DNA of 39,173 nucleotides, from the NCBI RefSeq assembly GCF_001194135.2, contig NC_068983.1, positions 10,021,058-10,060,230 on the forward strand. The letters run 5' to 3'. Made by a program: the position numbers and the translations under genes. The notes under the pieces were generated by a model. The model saw only the letters and a program-made list of their open reading frames with translations. It was not told the origin of the DNA and made no database searches. The stretch is from Octopus bimaculoides (Eukaryota). Of this stretch, positions 22,700 to 34,130 are shown piece after piece (position 1 is the stretch's first letter; every line of letters starts with the position of its first letter).

Positions 22700-24500
22700 A
22701 TGTGCTTTGCTAGTTCGTGGTTAGGCAGGGGTATGGCGCTATGTGGATGACTCTCAAAGAGTCAGGTGTTAGAATACCTGAAAGTTATAGGCAGACGAGA
22801 CAACTCGCCTCAAATTCCTTTCAGGAGCGATGGACATCGATGTTTCCCCATTTTTGTGGCTTATGAACATCACATACCTGAACCGAAATGGAAGCATGTG
22901 TGTGTGTGTGTGTGTGCCATTCGTGCATCATCTGCAATTAATATTTCCATGATGGATACATCACATAATTTGTTTTTTCCCCCCTCAGTCAGGACAGATT
23001 GAACAGCTTTCGTTCGATCTGGTATAACGATGGACATTATTAGTTAATGTTCTAAAGGCAAAGTAATGCAAACAAGATAGGAGAAAGCACAGAGCCCTGT
23101 TTCACACCGCTACGGATGTTGACAACTTCTGAAAAAGAGCCATGGAACTGAATGTTACCTTTCATGTCAATAAAGTATGCCTGAACCATCCTGAGGTTAG
23201 TCCAGTTATTTTTGGCGAAGATTTTGAATAGGCTGTCTCTACTTGCAAAGTCGGAAGCTTTTGTGAGGTTAATGAAAGCGATGCAGAGCGATTGTCTTTG
23301 TTTTCTGTTTTCTTTTGTTATTGAAGTGAGATCACGTCGATTGAAGAAATCTCTAACTTGAAATCACACTGAGACTCGGCGTTTATCCTTTCGGATATTT
23401 TCTGCAGGTTTTTCAGGACTACCTGAGCGAAATCTTTTCAACAATACTCAGCAAAGAGTTATCCCTACAGTCACACTCATATTTTGCGGCATTCATCTTT
23501 CTTTCCAGCACTGGAACAGTATTTCGCGTAAGGTGTTTAACAGGACGTCCTTTGCGTATCTGATTATACCAGGTGGAAAGGTAGGTACTAAAAATCTTTA
23601 TTTAGCAATTTGCAATACATCCATTTTCTCCGACTGATGGACGCTCATGCTGTCTGACGCAATGTCTGACATGCAGTTTTCTCTCGAGAAGAGTTCAGAG
23701 TAATACTCCACACTTCTATCAATTCGCTTGTTTTTCTCTCCGATGGTTTTACCTGTAATGGTTTCACAAGTGCTGTTTTACTGTTGGTTGGGCTGATAGC
23801 TTTCTCGATCGCTTCGTATCCTTCACGGATGTTGCCTACATGAAATGATAGCTGATTGCATTTTCAGAGTTGCATTTGGGAGACATTTGCTCAACGTCTG
23901 GTTATTTTCTAAGCTCTACTTTGCGTTTCTGTTCGCACCTTGAAGGGTTACCTGAATGGAGTGGTATTTGTGTTCGACATGCAGTGTGCATGACTCTTTT
24001 AACGGAGACGTCGTTTCTGGAGGAGCTTCAGAATGCCGGGTATCATTGTTGGTGACTCGAGCAGTCAACTTAAAATTTAGGTTACGTCCCGGGATGCGAA
24101 CGTGGATAGTGTTGAGACGCCGAACTCGTTTCAAACCAGTTATGTGTCTCCTCGTTTCTTCCCGAAGATCAGGAGTTCGGTGCTGAGAATAGTGCCCCTG
24201 AGTGAGTCCCTTCTCAGTTGAGCAACCGTTGCAGGTGGGTCTGCTGTGAATTGAGAAACACAGTTTTTCTGCCTGAATGTTGTTTCACAGTCAGTAAAAC
24301 ACGACTTGTTTAGAGGTTTGGCGTAGCGCACCTTCTTTAACCGAAGTCCGATCTTGAATTAAACCAAACAGGGTTCGGCGTTACAGTCGGCAATTTGAAA
24401 GAAGCGAGTCATCAGCATAATTGTCAGGTGACTGCATCTTGTAAATACCAGGTGTTTTCGGTATCAGTGTGTGATGTTTCTAAGGCACCATTGTGTCAAA
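22700..24500 (-). mobile_element. RTE-clade LINE ORF remnant (linker plus RT), multiply frameshifted
   Basis: Minus-strand fragments IFGKK..WFE, NLQKISERINAESQCDF, LCIAFINLTKASDFASRDSLFKI, DMKGNIQFHGSFSEVVNIRSGVKQGSVLSPILF and ILIADDA are RTE RT motifs (ESQCGF, FIDLTKAFD, SGVKQG, FADD). Confidence 0.9.
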
Positions 24501-25124
24501 CTTTGGCACACATTCTCATCGTTATATATATATATATATATATATATATATNNNNNNNNNNNNNNNNNNNNNNNNNNNNNNNNNNNNNNNNNNNNNNNNN
24601 NNNNNNNNNNNNNNNNNNNNNNNNNNNNNNNNNNNNNNNNNNNNNNNNNNNNNNNNNNNNNNNNNNNNNNNNNNNNNNNNNNNNNNNNNNNNNNNNNNNN
24701 NNNNNNNNNNNNNNNNNNNNNNNNNNNNNNNNNNNNNNNNNNNNNNNNNNNNNNNNNNNNNNNNNNNNNNNNNNNNNNNNNNNNNNNNNNNNNNNNNNNN
24801 NNNNNNNNNNNNNNNNNNNNNNNNNNNNNNNNNNNNNNNNNNNNNNNNNNNNNNNNNNNNNNNNNNNNNNNNNNNNNNNNNNNNNNNNNNNNNNNNNNNN
24901 NNNNNNNNNNNNNNNNNNNNNNNNNNNNNNNNNNNNNNNNNNNNNNNNNNNNNNNNNNNNNNNNNNNNNNNNNNNNNNNNNNNNNNNNNNNNNNNNNNNN
25001 NNNNNNNNNNNNNNNNNNNNNNNNNNNNNNNNNNNNNNNNNNNNNNNNNNNNNNNNNNCATTCTCTTCTGGTGCCTTATAATTTAACACACTTACCGGTA
25101 AAATTTCCACTTCTTTTTTTTTAA

Positions 25125-25215
25125 CAAAGATTAAGTCTTGGGGTCGATTTGCTCGACTAAAGGCGTGCTCCAGCATGGCCACAGTCAAATGACTGAAACA
25201 AGTAAAAGCATAAAA
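25125..25215 (-). mobile_element. Short interspersed repeat fragment (family also at about 10660-10780, 21480-21625, 26830-26960 and 36470-36590)
   Basis: GGGGTCGATTTG..CGACTAAAGGCG.GCTCCAGCATGGCC.CAGTCAAATGACTGAAACAAGTAAAAG. Confidence 0.75.
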
Positions 25216-25223
25216 GAAAGAAT

Positions 25224-25263
<40 letters not shown>

Positions 25264-26015
25264 GCATGTATAAGTACATGTATAAACCCATACATATGTA
25301 TACACATACATATTCACACACTTGTTAATCTTTTTTTTTTGCCTCTTTTGTTTTTCTGCTGAAATTCTACACAAGCAACAAGCCAGCTGTTTTAAGAGTT
25401 TTACGAAGTTTTATCTTATATTTTCACAACGGCACAAAATGACAACTGTTTCTCACAGTAAAAGACTTTTCGTTTTTTTTTCTTTCCTTCTTTCTTTCTT
25501 TCTTTCTTTCTGTTTTGCGTTTTTTTCCCGACCTACCCTTTGTCTCACGTACTTCCTCCGCAAAGCCCCACCCCTCCGATTCAAACATCTGGACGGTATG
25601 TCCTAGTAAACTAATAAACAAGATAGCATAGAGCGACAAATACACAGACGCGCGCATGGTGCATGGTGCTGCAGAATGGCCGCAGGACTCTGGGTTTTGA
25701 AGTCAGTTAAAGTGCGCACGACAGTTTCGTGCATGGCACTCAAAAACTGAGTCCAAACAAAAACATTGCATACTGTATTTGTGGGCATATAATATGCACG
25801 ATTATTTTTTTTAAAAACTCTTAAAAATTTAACTCTGAGTCCTCTACGCGCAGTTGGGCCTTCCCTAAACTAATTTTGTTCCCGAATGCACTAAAAGCTT
25901 TCCTGAAAATGCGCTGCCGAAACTGGAGCGCATCTAACATCCCAGTGCGTCTTTCATGCCATGAAATATGGTAACTATGAATTTGTTAAATTAAAAATTC
26001 ATTACTTTTCTCAAC

Positions 26016-26397
26016 TTGTTGGCACTCCGTCGCTTACGACGTCGAGGGTTCCAGTTGATCCGATCAACGGAACAGCCTGCTCGTGAAATTAACGTGCAAG
26101 TGGCTGAGCACTCCACTGACACATGTATCCTTAACATAGTTCTCGGGGATATTCAGCGTGACACAGTGTGACAAGGCTGACCCTTTGAATTACAGGCACG
26201 GCAGAAACAGGAAGTAAGAGTGAGAGAAAGTTGTGGTGAAAGAGTACAGCAGGGTTCGCCACCATCCCCTGCCGGAACCTCGTGGAGCTTTAGGTGTTTT
26301 CGCTCAATAAACACTCACAACGCCTGGTCTGGGAATCGAAACCGCGATCCTATGACCGCGAGTCCGCTGCCTTAACCACTGGGCCATTGCGCTTCCA
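26016..26397 (-). mobile_element. Full-length ~385-bp tRNA-headed SINE
   Basis: Minus-strand head with A box TGGCCCAGTGG and B-box-like GGTTTCGATTCCC; highly similar to 35076-35464. Confidence 0.9.
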
Positions 26398-26522
26398 CTT
26401 TTCTCAACACAGAAGCTCTTATTCACAAGCTCTTATTCACTTGTTTTGCTTTGTTTTTTTCTGTAAAAAACATCAATGATATGGAGAGAGGAGACTCGAG
26501 TGCGTACTCCGCTAGGTCGGTT

Positions 26523-26820
26523 TATGGGATTACCCTGGGTTTCACGTCAATAAAGCAAAAGGGTTGTCTCCCTTTGGCTACCGGTCGCAAGTAACCCCGT
26601 TGTGGGTTCCAATAGGCCAGCAGGAAATGCAAGCACAGTCCGAAGACCTCCGTTCTGGAATTAAGGATGTTCCCTGCGTCGAAGGAGTCCTTTAGAATCC
26701 TCGCCCGTTCCGCTATGCATAGTTTAGAACGCTTGATCCCGTTTAGGTAGCGGCCCGGATATTGCGTATGGAATCCCGTCGTCTTTCAGCTGCCATACAT
26801 GGCTGGCTAGTGACGTAACC
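26523..26820 (-). mobile_element. Penelope-like element ORF C-terminus (GIY-YIG domain tail), pseudogenised
   Basis: VTSLASHVWQLKDDGIPYAI..., then after a frameshift KLCIAERARILKDSFDAGNILNSRTEVFGLCLH, matching the PLE pattern 'LS.HIW.LKD....Y.I.W...C.LC..E...I....LN.R.E...C.H'. Confidence 0.75.
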
Positions 26821-26986
26821 TTGAAAGGTTTTAGTCAAACAGATTAACCCCCCAGTACTTATTTTTTAAGCCTGGTACTTATTCTATCATTCTCTTAGGC
26901 CGAACTACTAATTTATGTGGACATAAACTAACACAGGCTGTTAAGCGGTGGGAGGGGGCACAGACACAAACAAGCACACACATATG

Positions 26987-27030
<44 letters not shown>

Positions 27031-27039
27031 CATACATAA

Positions 27040-27362
27040 AGGGTAAAGACTCCCTTCGGTCATGAATGACCATGGGATTGCACCAAGAAAGTTCCCCTCC
27101 AAGGTACAAGTCTGGATAAGATTATTTATGGCAGACCAGTAGTCGCCCGTGCATACCAGCTTCGCCTCTCCACGCCACCAATGTTATCCAAGTGAATGGC
27201 AAGCTTGGCACCTGTGACGTCGCAACTCATTTCTACAGCTGAGTGAACTGGAGCAACGTGAAATAAAGTGTCTTGCTCAAGAAAACAACACGCAGCCCGG
27301 TCCGGGAATCGAACTCACTACATCGTGATTGTGAGCCCGACGCTCAAACCACTTAGCCGTGC
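27040..27362 (-). mobile_element. Near full-length tRNA-headed SINE (second family)
   Basis: Minus-strand head GGCTAAGTGGTTTGAGCGTCGGGC...AGTTCGATTCCCGGACC followed by GTTGTTTTCTTGAGCAAGACACTTT. Confidence 0.8.
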
Positions 27363-27409
27363 GTATTCACACACACACGCACACACACACACACACACAC
27401 ATACATACG

Positions 27410-27535
27410 ACGAACCTCCACACAGTTTCCACTAAATTCACTCATAAGGTAATTGGTTGGACCAGAGCTATAGCAGAAAACATTTCCCCAAGATGTCGCG
27501 CAGTGAGACCGAATCCGAAACCATGTGGTTGCGAA
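27410..27535 (-). mobile_element. Diverged tRNA-derived SINE (family of 30515-30668)
   Basis: CAGTTTCCAC...AGCTATAG.AGAA.ACATTTCCCCAAG...CCGAAACCATGTGGTTG. Confidence 0.65.
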
Positions 27536-30149
27536 GAATGGCGTGGGACCTAAAAACAATAACAACAGCAAATTTTGATAATAAATATATGAAATGAACC
27601 GTGGGTGGTAGAGCGGAGCTCTGCGTATATTCTGAACATACTTAGGTCCATAAATTGCATTTAGAAAGCTTGGTTGTTTTGAAGTTTTCAATGAAATAGA
27701 AGCGGAGCCAAATGAAAAGATGGACTGACTATTAAGATGTGTTCGTATCTGCCCCTCATTTAAGGTAACAAGAGAATTAGGTTATCTTAAGACTATCTGA
27801 AAAAAATAATGGAAACCTTTGCTAGTGTTGCCAATGTATTTCGTTCAGATGACAGAGAACAAAGCCATTGTCGCCTATAAAATTGTGCTGATTTCTTAAA
27901 GGTGTACTCTAATAATATTTATTGCTTAGCAGTGATGTTCTCACGTGATATAAGAATGGAATTCGGTCAACAAAAGCATTCGTATCTGATACATGAGATA
28001 AAAAGGGAGCAACAATAAAAAATCTCTACCAACCATGTAATAAACATTGATTTCAACGGCCTATATATTTCTTCTTCGCCATTGATAAGTGCTGTAATTA
28101 TTTCGACTGTGTTAAAAAAATAAATAAAGAAATAAAAGAAATAAAAAAAAACTTTTGCCTTTGTTGGTATTGTTAAATAAGAATAGAGTGGTGAAAAAAA
28201 AAAAAACAAGGAATAAAATACGAGCTTCGTTGACTGAATGAAGACAGGTTGCTTTATTTTTCGAGGCTGGCTGAAGATAAGATATGTATACTAATAATAA
28301 GTGTGAAATAAAAACCTTGTCCGAGGAAATGGTTATGCAGTGGAATTTGTGAGGATGAATAATTTTATATGCCGTGGAAGAAAAGGCATCTGGCGTTTCA
28401 GGGCAGACTCTTCGTGTGAGGTAAAAAAAAAACAAAAAGAAAAGCATCTCTCTCTCTTTCTTTCTCTCTATCTCTCCACTCCCCCTCTCTCTCCCACTCC
28501 CTCTCTCTCCCAATCCTCTTTCTCTCTCTCTTTCTCCGACAAACGACTAATTGGATCTACAGATCTACACAAGTTCACGAATTTTATTGCTAAAGTTATG
28601 CCTATCAGAGATATTTTCAGCCAACGAGTTTATTCTATTCTTTCTTATTAATGACTTGTAACAAAAACCAGTGCTGGCAATAATTTCCATGGAAAATCTG
28701 TAGAGATGTCCTTAACACATGGTCTATTCTTTTTCTGCAGCTTTGAACATTCGACATACTGGAGTTGGAAAAAGGTATAAGCGAAACAAGGGCTTCACAT
28801 TCTGAAAGCCTCTGTTAAAATCTCAGAAATGTTTTTAATTCATTATATAATTTTTGTATAATTATATTTAGTTATATTTAATTAACGATTTATCACAATT
28901 AGCCAAATTAGCAACAATTTACATGAGCAAATCAAAACTAATTTTTTCAAAAAAAGATTGTCACTGGAAACATTTGTAAGGTTTAATTATTTTATAAATA
29001 AGCTTAAATGCCAATTCTTATTAGGTTTAATTATATTGGAATTTTTTAAATACTTAGGTGGAAGCTATTTGCATATGACGGATTTGTAGTGCATCTAAGC
29101 GGCATTTTTTGCCAAATTCACTTGGTAAGCCTTGTCCTCCATTAAAATCCGTACCGCCTCAAATCACAATCATATTGACAGTTGACCTGTTTTATGAGAC
29201 TAGGGGCCCAATTATGATCTATATATGCTATCGCTTGCTCCCAATAAATAAATACTATAGGGCCCAGTGCACTGATTTGCCTGCCGTCCGACAATACAGC
29301 TAAGAGGCCCCTGGTTAAAATTGCTACATAATAGAAGCGTTTTTCGGTCAGTAACTGTTGTTAAATCTTTCGTTCAGGCTATCCGTTTTTCGCAGATAAA
29401 GTTTATTCAACAGAGCAATGGGATTTCTGTGTCTGCTTGTCTGTAGGTCGAACCTTTTCTGCACCTCTATGAACCTTATATATTTCATAACTTGCATGAA
29501 ATATTCAGATGCCTTCACTTCCCAGTGACAAACTAATTTATTCCACTCTGTGAACTTTTTATACTTACTATTTACAGACTTAGACCATTTCTAGTTTCTA
29601 GGTTACAATAATGGAATACATTCCTTCTCGAGACAGCGTTCCACAAATTTTCTTAAAGCTACTTGCTCCTTTACAATTTAAAACTTCTAGAGGTAAGGAT
29701 CTTATTTATTATCATTTTTAATTATCAACTAAGTAAATTAGGACCGACCAAGCAGTGCTTATGCTTAAACACTGTTTGGTGCTAGCATTTCGTTATTTTC
29801 CTCGATCGGGCGATCTACCAACGCAAATCAGTCAACAGGTTGACTGAATTTTACGTAACTTTTATAAGTTTGTTCAGAGTTGTATCTCTTAGGTATATCC
29901 CATTGGCAAGAGTCAATAAATTCGAGACATCGATGTCTGGGATTCCTGGTAGATGGTGACACTGAACAAACCGGATGCTTTCACACTTTTTACCATAAGA
30001 GAGATATTTTATCCACGGTAACTGCAGTGCATTTGCCTTTTAGCAGTTGAAATAACAAACATATTTTGACTAACCCAAATTTTGCTTATGCCTAAACACT
30101 TCTTGGTGCTAATATTTCGTTATATATATATCTATAGGGAGAATTCACG

Positions 30150-30340
30150 AAAAAACAACAGACGAAGTCAGGTGGTGTAAACAACAAATGAATGTATTAA
30201 TATAATGCTCGGGAATAGAGAAAGTCTTTAACGTTTCGAGCCTACACTCTTCAACTGAAAGGAACACAGAAAGAAATAAGGAGAGAAACAAGGAGAGAAC
30301 AAAAATATGTGTAGTGGTCAGCGATCTATCATGGCGAATG
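30150..30340 (-). mobile_element. PLE pLTR-like or retrozyme-like remnant carrying a hammerhead-like motif
   Basis: Contains the type I hammerhead architecture at 30226-30261 (see findings) and lies next to (TA)n. Confidence 0.55.
30226..30261 (-). ncRNA. Degenerate minimal type I hammerhead-ribozyme motif
   Basis: Minus strand CTTT-CAGTTGA-A-GAGT-GTAG-GCTC-GAAAC-GT-T-AAAG: helices I and II and the palindromic helix III are present, with two core substitutions. Confidence 0.55.
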
Positions 30341-30476
30341 CCGGACAGAAGGATCACACAGGAGAGTTAAGAAGAAGGGGAGATAACCAAGTAGTAGTGA
30401 TCCCAAAACGAAGGTGCGTGTGTGTGAGAGAATGCTGATCTTAACGTATGCATGTGTGTATGTAGGTATGAAGGTG

Positions 30477-30514
<38 letters not shown>

Positions 30515-30515
<1 letters not shown>

Positions 30516-30668
30516 GTGTGGCTGTGTGGTAAGTTTGTTTCCCAACTACATGGTTCTGGGTTCACTCCCACTGTGTGATACCTTGGGCAAGTGTCTTCTA
30601 CCATAGCCTCGGGCTGACCAAAGCCTTGTAAGTGAATATTTGGCAGACGGAAACTGAAAGAAGCCCGT
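30515..30668 (+). mobile_element. tRNA-derived SINE, near full length
   Basis: GGTGTGGCTGTGTGGTAAG (A box), GGGTTCACTCCC (B-box-like), CCTTGGGCAAGTGTCTTC core, ending in (TA)n. Confidence 0.85.
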
Positions 30669-30767
30669 ATATATATATATATATATATATATNNNNNNNN
30701 NNNNNNNNNNNNNNNNNNNNNNNNNNNNNNNNNNNNNNNNNNNNNNNNNNNNNNNNNNNNNNNNNNN

Positions 30768-30822
<55 letters not shown>

Positions 30823-31355
30823 TGTGTGTGCGTTTCTCTCAACCAGTTTTGATGCGTTTTGATGTGTTTTCATCCACATAACTAAGCGATCCGGCAACAG
30901 AAGCTTAAGAAATTTAAGCTGAAGGGTTAGTAATAACCAAGTGAAGTATAGACGCTGAGTATTCTGCACGTTGTAGAGACTATCTATACATTAAAAAGAT
31001 ATGATTAGAAATTTGCAATTGTTTTATTGATTATCATCACTTATAAGACAATAATAGCTTTTAAATATAATTTCTTTCAAAAATTTATTTTAAAATGTCA
31101 CACTTCTGTGATTTTCGCTTCGATGAATTCTAATTTTGAGCTTCTTTCTCAATAAATATTACTAAAATTCTTTGTATTTCCAAATGCTTGTTTCGGGAGT
31201 GTTATTCCTTTTTCTGAAAAGCACACTGTACGTAAGCATACGTACACACGCACATATACACCAACAAGCATGTATTCGTGTCTGTCTAACCACATTTGCT
31301 GTCTGTAACTATCTGCTTCTCTCTCTCCCTCTCACCCTATATCTCTCTCTCTCTA

Positions 31356-31386
<31 letters not shown>

Positions 31387-31536
31387 TGCTCTCTTTGTCT
31401 GTTTGTATGTCTGTCTATCGATCTATCTATCTGTCTATTTTTGCCACTTCGCATACAGACATAAACTCGTACTTGCATGCAAACACACATACATAACCAC
31501 ATTAATGGCAAAACATATGTTCTCCGCCAATACAGT

Positions 31537-31572
<36 letters not shown>

Positions 31573-31780
31573 ATTTCGCTCTCATCTTTCTATTAACCCA
31601 CTGATATTTTCCACATCTACAGTACGTCCTACATAATGACTTTTTCACTCTCTCATAATTAAACTCTCCATGTTGTCCTTGTTGTTGTTATTGCAGTCAT
31701 TTCCCACTGTTTCTTCCAACAACAGCTCACTTTGTTGAGGTTGTCGTCCTTGTTACGATGCTGGATGTAGCGTGTTCGAA

Positions 31781-32238
31781 TGTAACAACGTCACAGTATA
31801 ACGCGGAATGAACTGTATGTAGAAATAAATGTCAGAAGCCATGTTTGTTAACAGAGCGTAGTAATTTTATTTGGATTGTTGGCAAGTGAAGAGCAAAGTG
31901 AGCTTATATATGTAGGAGTCAGAGGAAAGCCTTGAAACTTACAATTGAACAAGTCAGAGGTGTGCAGTGCTAAGGATGTAAGGAATACAAATAGAGAATA
32001 GCCGGCGGTACGAAGGCTGGAGTGAAATATCAAGACCTGTCCGCAGTCGGTTGTGGAGATCTGTTCGCTGACGGTTGTGGCGTCTTCTGCTGACTGACTG
32101 CAAAAAGGCGCGCTCTGGCTGAGCAGATGATTGCTGCTTTTATAGGTACACAACAAGGCCTGACTGGCTGCAATTGCCAAAGCACAACTGTGACAATCCT
32201 CGACAACAAATTATGGCTTCCTTGACTCACTGCATGAC
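31781..32238 (-). mobile_element. Putative 3' LTR of the Gypsy remnant
   Basis: TGTAACA (31781) and TGTGACA (ends 32195) form an imperfect terminal inverted repeat. On the minus strand TATAAAA (32144-32138) precedes AATAAA (31871-31866). It lies downstream of the integrase end, and its right part recurs at 34139-34185. The right boundary is uncertain. Confidence 0.55.
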
Positions 32239-32384
32239 TCCACTTCAGACTGTAAGTTGATACGAACAATAAAAAGAAAGAACACATGCAAACAATATGT
32301 TCACACCAATGCAAGAAAAGAAAAATGAATACATTAAGCAAAAAAAATCAAGCATGCAAAGAGACAGTTAAAGGCATTCGGGGC

Positions 32385-34130
32385 CAGTTCATTTACAAAC
32401 ATCTTCACGAAGTCTTTCGGGCTAATGGACACGACGACCGCTTCGAGTTGTAACGTGTCTTGGTGAAGGTCGGGGAGCTGTTTGTGGAGCAGTATGTGTA
32501 GGGGGTGTATATGTGTGCGGGATGTATGTGGCTCCAGGTTATCAACATCTGTGTAGGCCCTCTTCATTCTATCAAAAGAGACAGTGTCTCTAGAACCATT
32601 ATGGTCAACTGTGAAATGTTTGTCGGTGCATGAAAGCACGCGTTAAGGTCCTGTGTAAGATGGGGTGAGAGGACTTCTAACGGCGTCGTTTCTGACAGAA
32701 ACGTGGGTCCACGAGGCAATGTCCCTCGTGACTGCAGGTTTCACAGTTTGATGTCGAGTGTTCATTGGTGGTAGGTCCTGAAAATATGAACGAAGGCGGT
32801 TCACGTAATGTGCCGGATCCCGAATAGACAGGTCGACCGTGGTGAGCATCTTCCCCGGCAAAGACAACGGAGCAGCATACAGCAGTTCGGCTGGCGAGTA
32901 TCCGGGATTCTCCTCGAATGCAGTCTGAATGACGATGAGTACTATGGGGAGGGACTCGCTCCAGCGTTGACTATCAAGGTAGGTACGAAACGCGCGGCCT
33001 TTAACTGGCGATGGAAGCGCTCCACCATTCCATTAGATGCAGGATGATAACTAGTAGTACAGATCGTTGAGTATCGATGATTTTTGTGAGTTCCGAAAAA
33101 AAGGTGAGATTCGAATTGTCTACCACGGTCTGTCGTAATAGTGGTATTGACACCGTAACGCGATATCCGTCCTGATACCAGGGCTCGCGCTACAAATTCA
33201 GTAGAGATATCAATTAAAGGAATGGCTTCAGACCAGCGAGTAAACCGGTAAATGCAAGTCTGGGTGTACGTAAATCCTTGACTGACAGGCCAGGATCCCA
33301 CGAGATCAATATGAATGTGGCGGAAACGTACATCAGGTGTACTGAAGGTAGCGAGTGGTGCACGGATGTGCTTAAGTATCTTTGACTTCTAGCACTGGAA
33401 GAAAGATCGAGTCCATTCAGTAATGTCGTGCCTCATATTTGGCCAGAAGAATCTAGCAGCTATGAGGCTCCAGGGTGCGAAAGAATGCAAAGCTTCGAAT
33501 ACAGACGAGGCGAATCCGTTGACACGCCACACAATATCTGCACGTTTGCAGTTGGTAAAGGCAGGTACTTGAATTTGCATGTTGCGAACTCAGAAGCAGA
33601 TGTGTCAAGTGAGTCCAGAGGAGGTTGGTCTGAGGACAAACGGTTAAGTCAATCTCAGGAGTAGCTGACAATGAAGCGATCGGTGGATGGGTCAAAGTAT
33701 CTGCAGCAGTGTTCTGAGTTCCGGAGATGTGTTGAATGTCGCTGGTGAACTGCGATATAAAGTTCAGGTGTTTCGTCTCACTCGGTGAATATTTCTCAGG
33801 CCTGGACCGCATGGTAAAAGTAGGAGGCTTATGATCTGTATAGATCGTAAAGTTCCTTCCTTCGAGGATGTGCTAGAAATGCTGCACGAACAAATAGATC
33901 GCTAACAGTTCGCGACCGAAGGTGCGATAGCGAGTTTCATGCAGCGGGTCTGGAGAAGCTTGGTGAGTGGAGGCAGGAGTCCAGTGCCATGAAGAATGAA
34001 GCAGCGATAAATGGTAAGTAAGCCAAGGAAGTGGCGTAATTGACAAAGGGAAGTTGGAGGAGAAATATCCTCAATAGTTGAAACGTTGTAGGTGGAAGTC
34101 GAATGCCATCGTTTCAAATCCAGTAAACGG
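32385..34130 (-). mobile_element. Ty3/Gypsy pol remnant (RT C-terminus, RNase H, integrase), frameshifted
   Basis: QLRHFLGL (RT end); EGRNFTIYTDHKP and ISQFTSDIQHISGTQNTAADTL (RNase H); LH..RFFWPNMRHDITEWTRS..C (H2C2); RFTRWSEAIP, TTDRGRQFES, TTSYHPASNGMVERFHRQLKAA (rve); YTGP; RSGRRVH*PERL tail. gag, protease and most of RT are absent. Confidence 0.93.

Noticed and set aside
25900-25935. CTGAAAA...CCGAAACTGGAGC as another hammerhead
   Set aside because: G8 is missing, there is no NUH triplet and there is no helix I.
26325-26397. tRNA-like sequences here and at about 27290-27362, 30515-30575, 35390-35464 and 35800-35860
   Set aside because: They are SINE heads: no good anticodon or acceptor stems, and each continues into a repeated SINE body.
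27932-27989. Possible C/D snoRNA (GTGATGT...CTGA)
   Set aside because: Imperfect C box and no terminal stem. The GCATTCGTAT word resembles 18S rRNA in the sense rather than antisense orientation.
30070-30076. CTAACCC as a telomerase RNA template
   Set aside because: A 7-mer is expected several times by chance, and there is no room for a downstream pseudoknot or H/ACA domain before the microsatellite.
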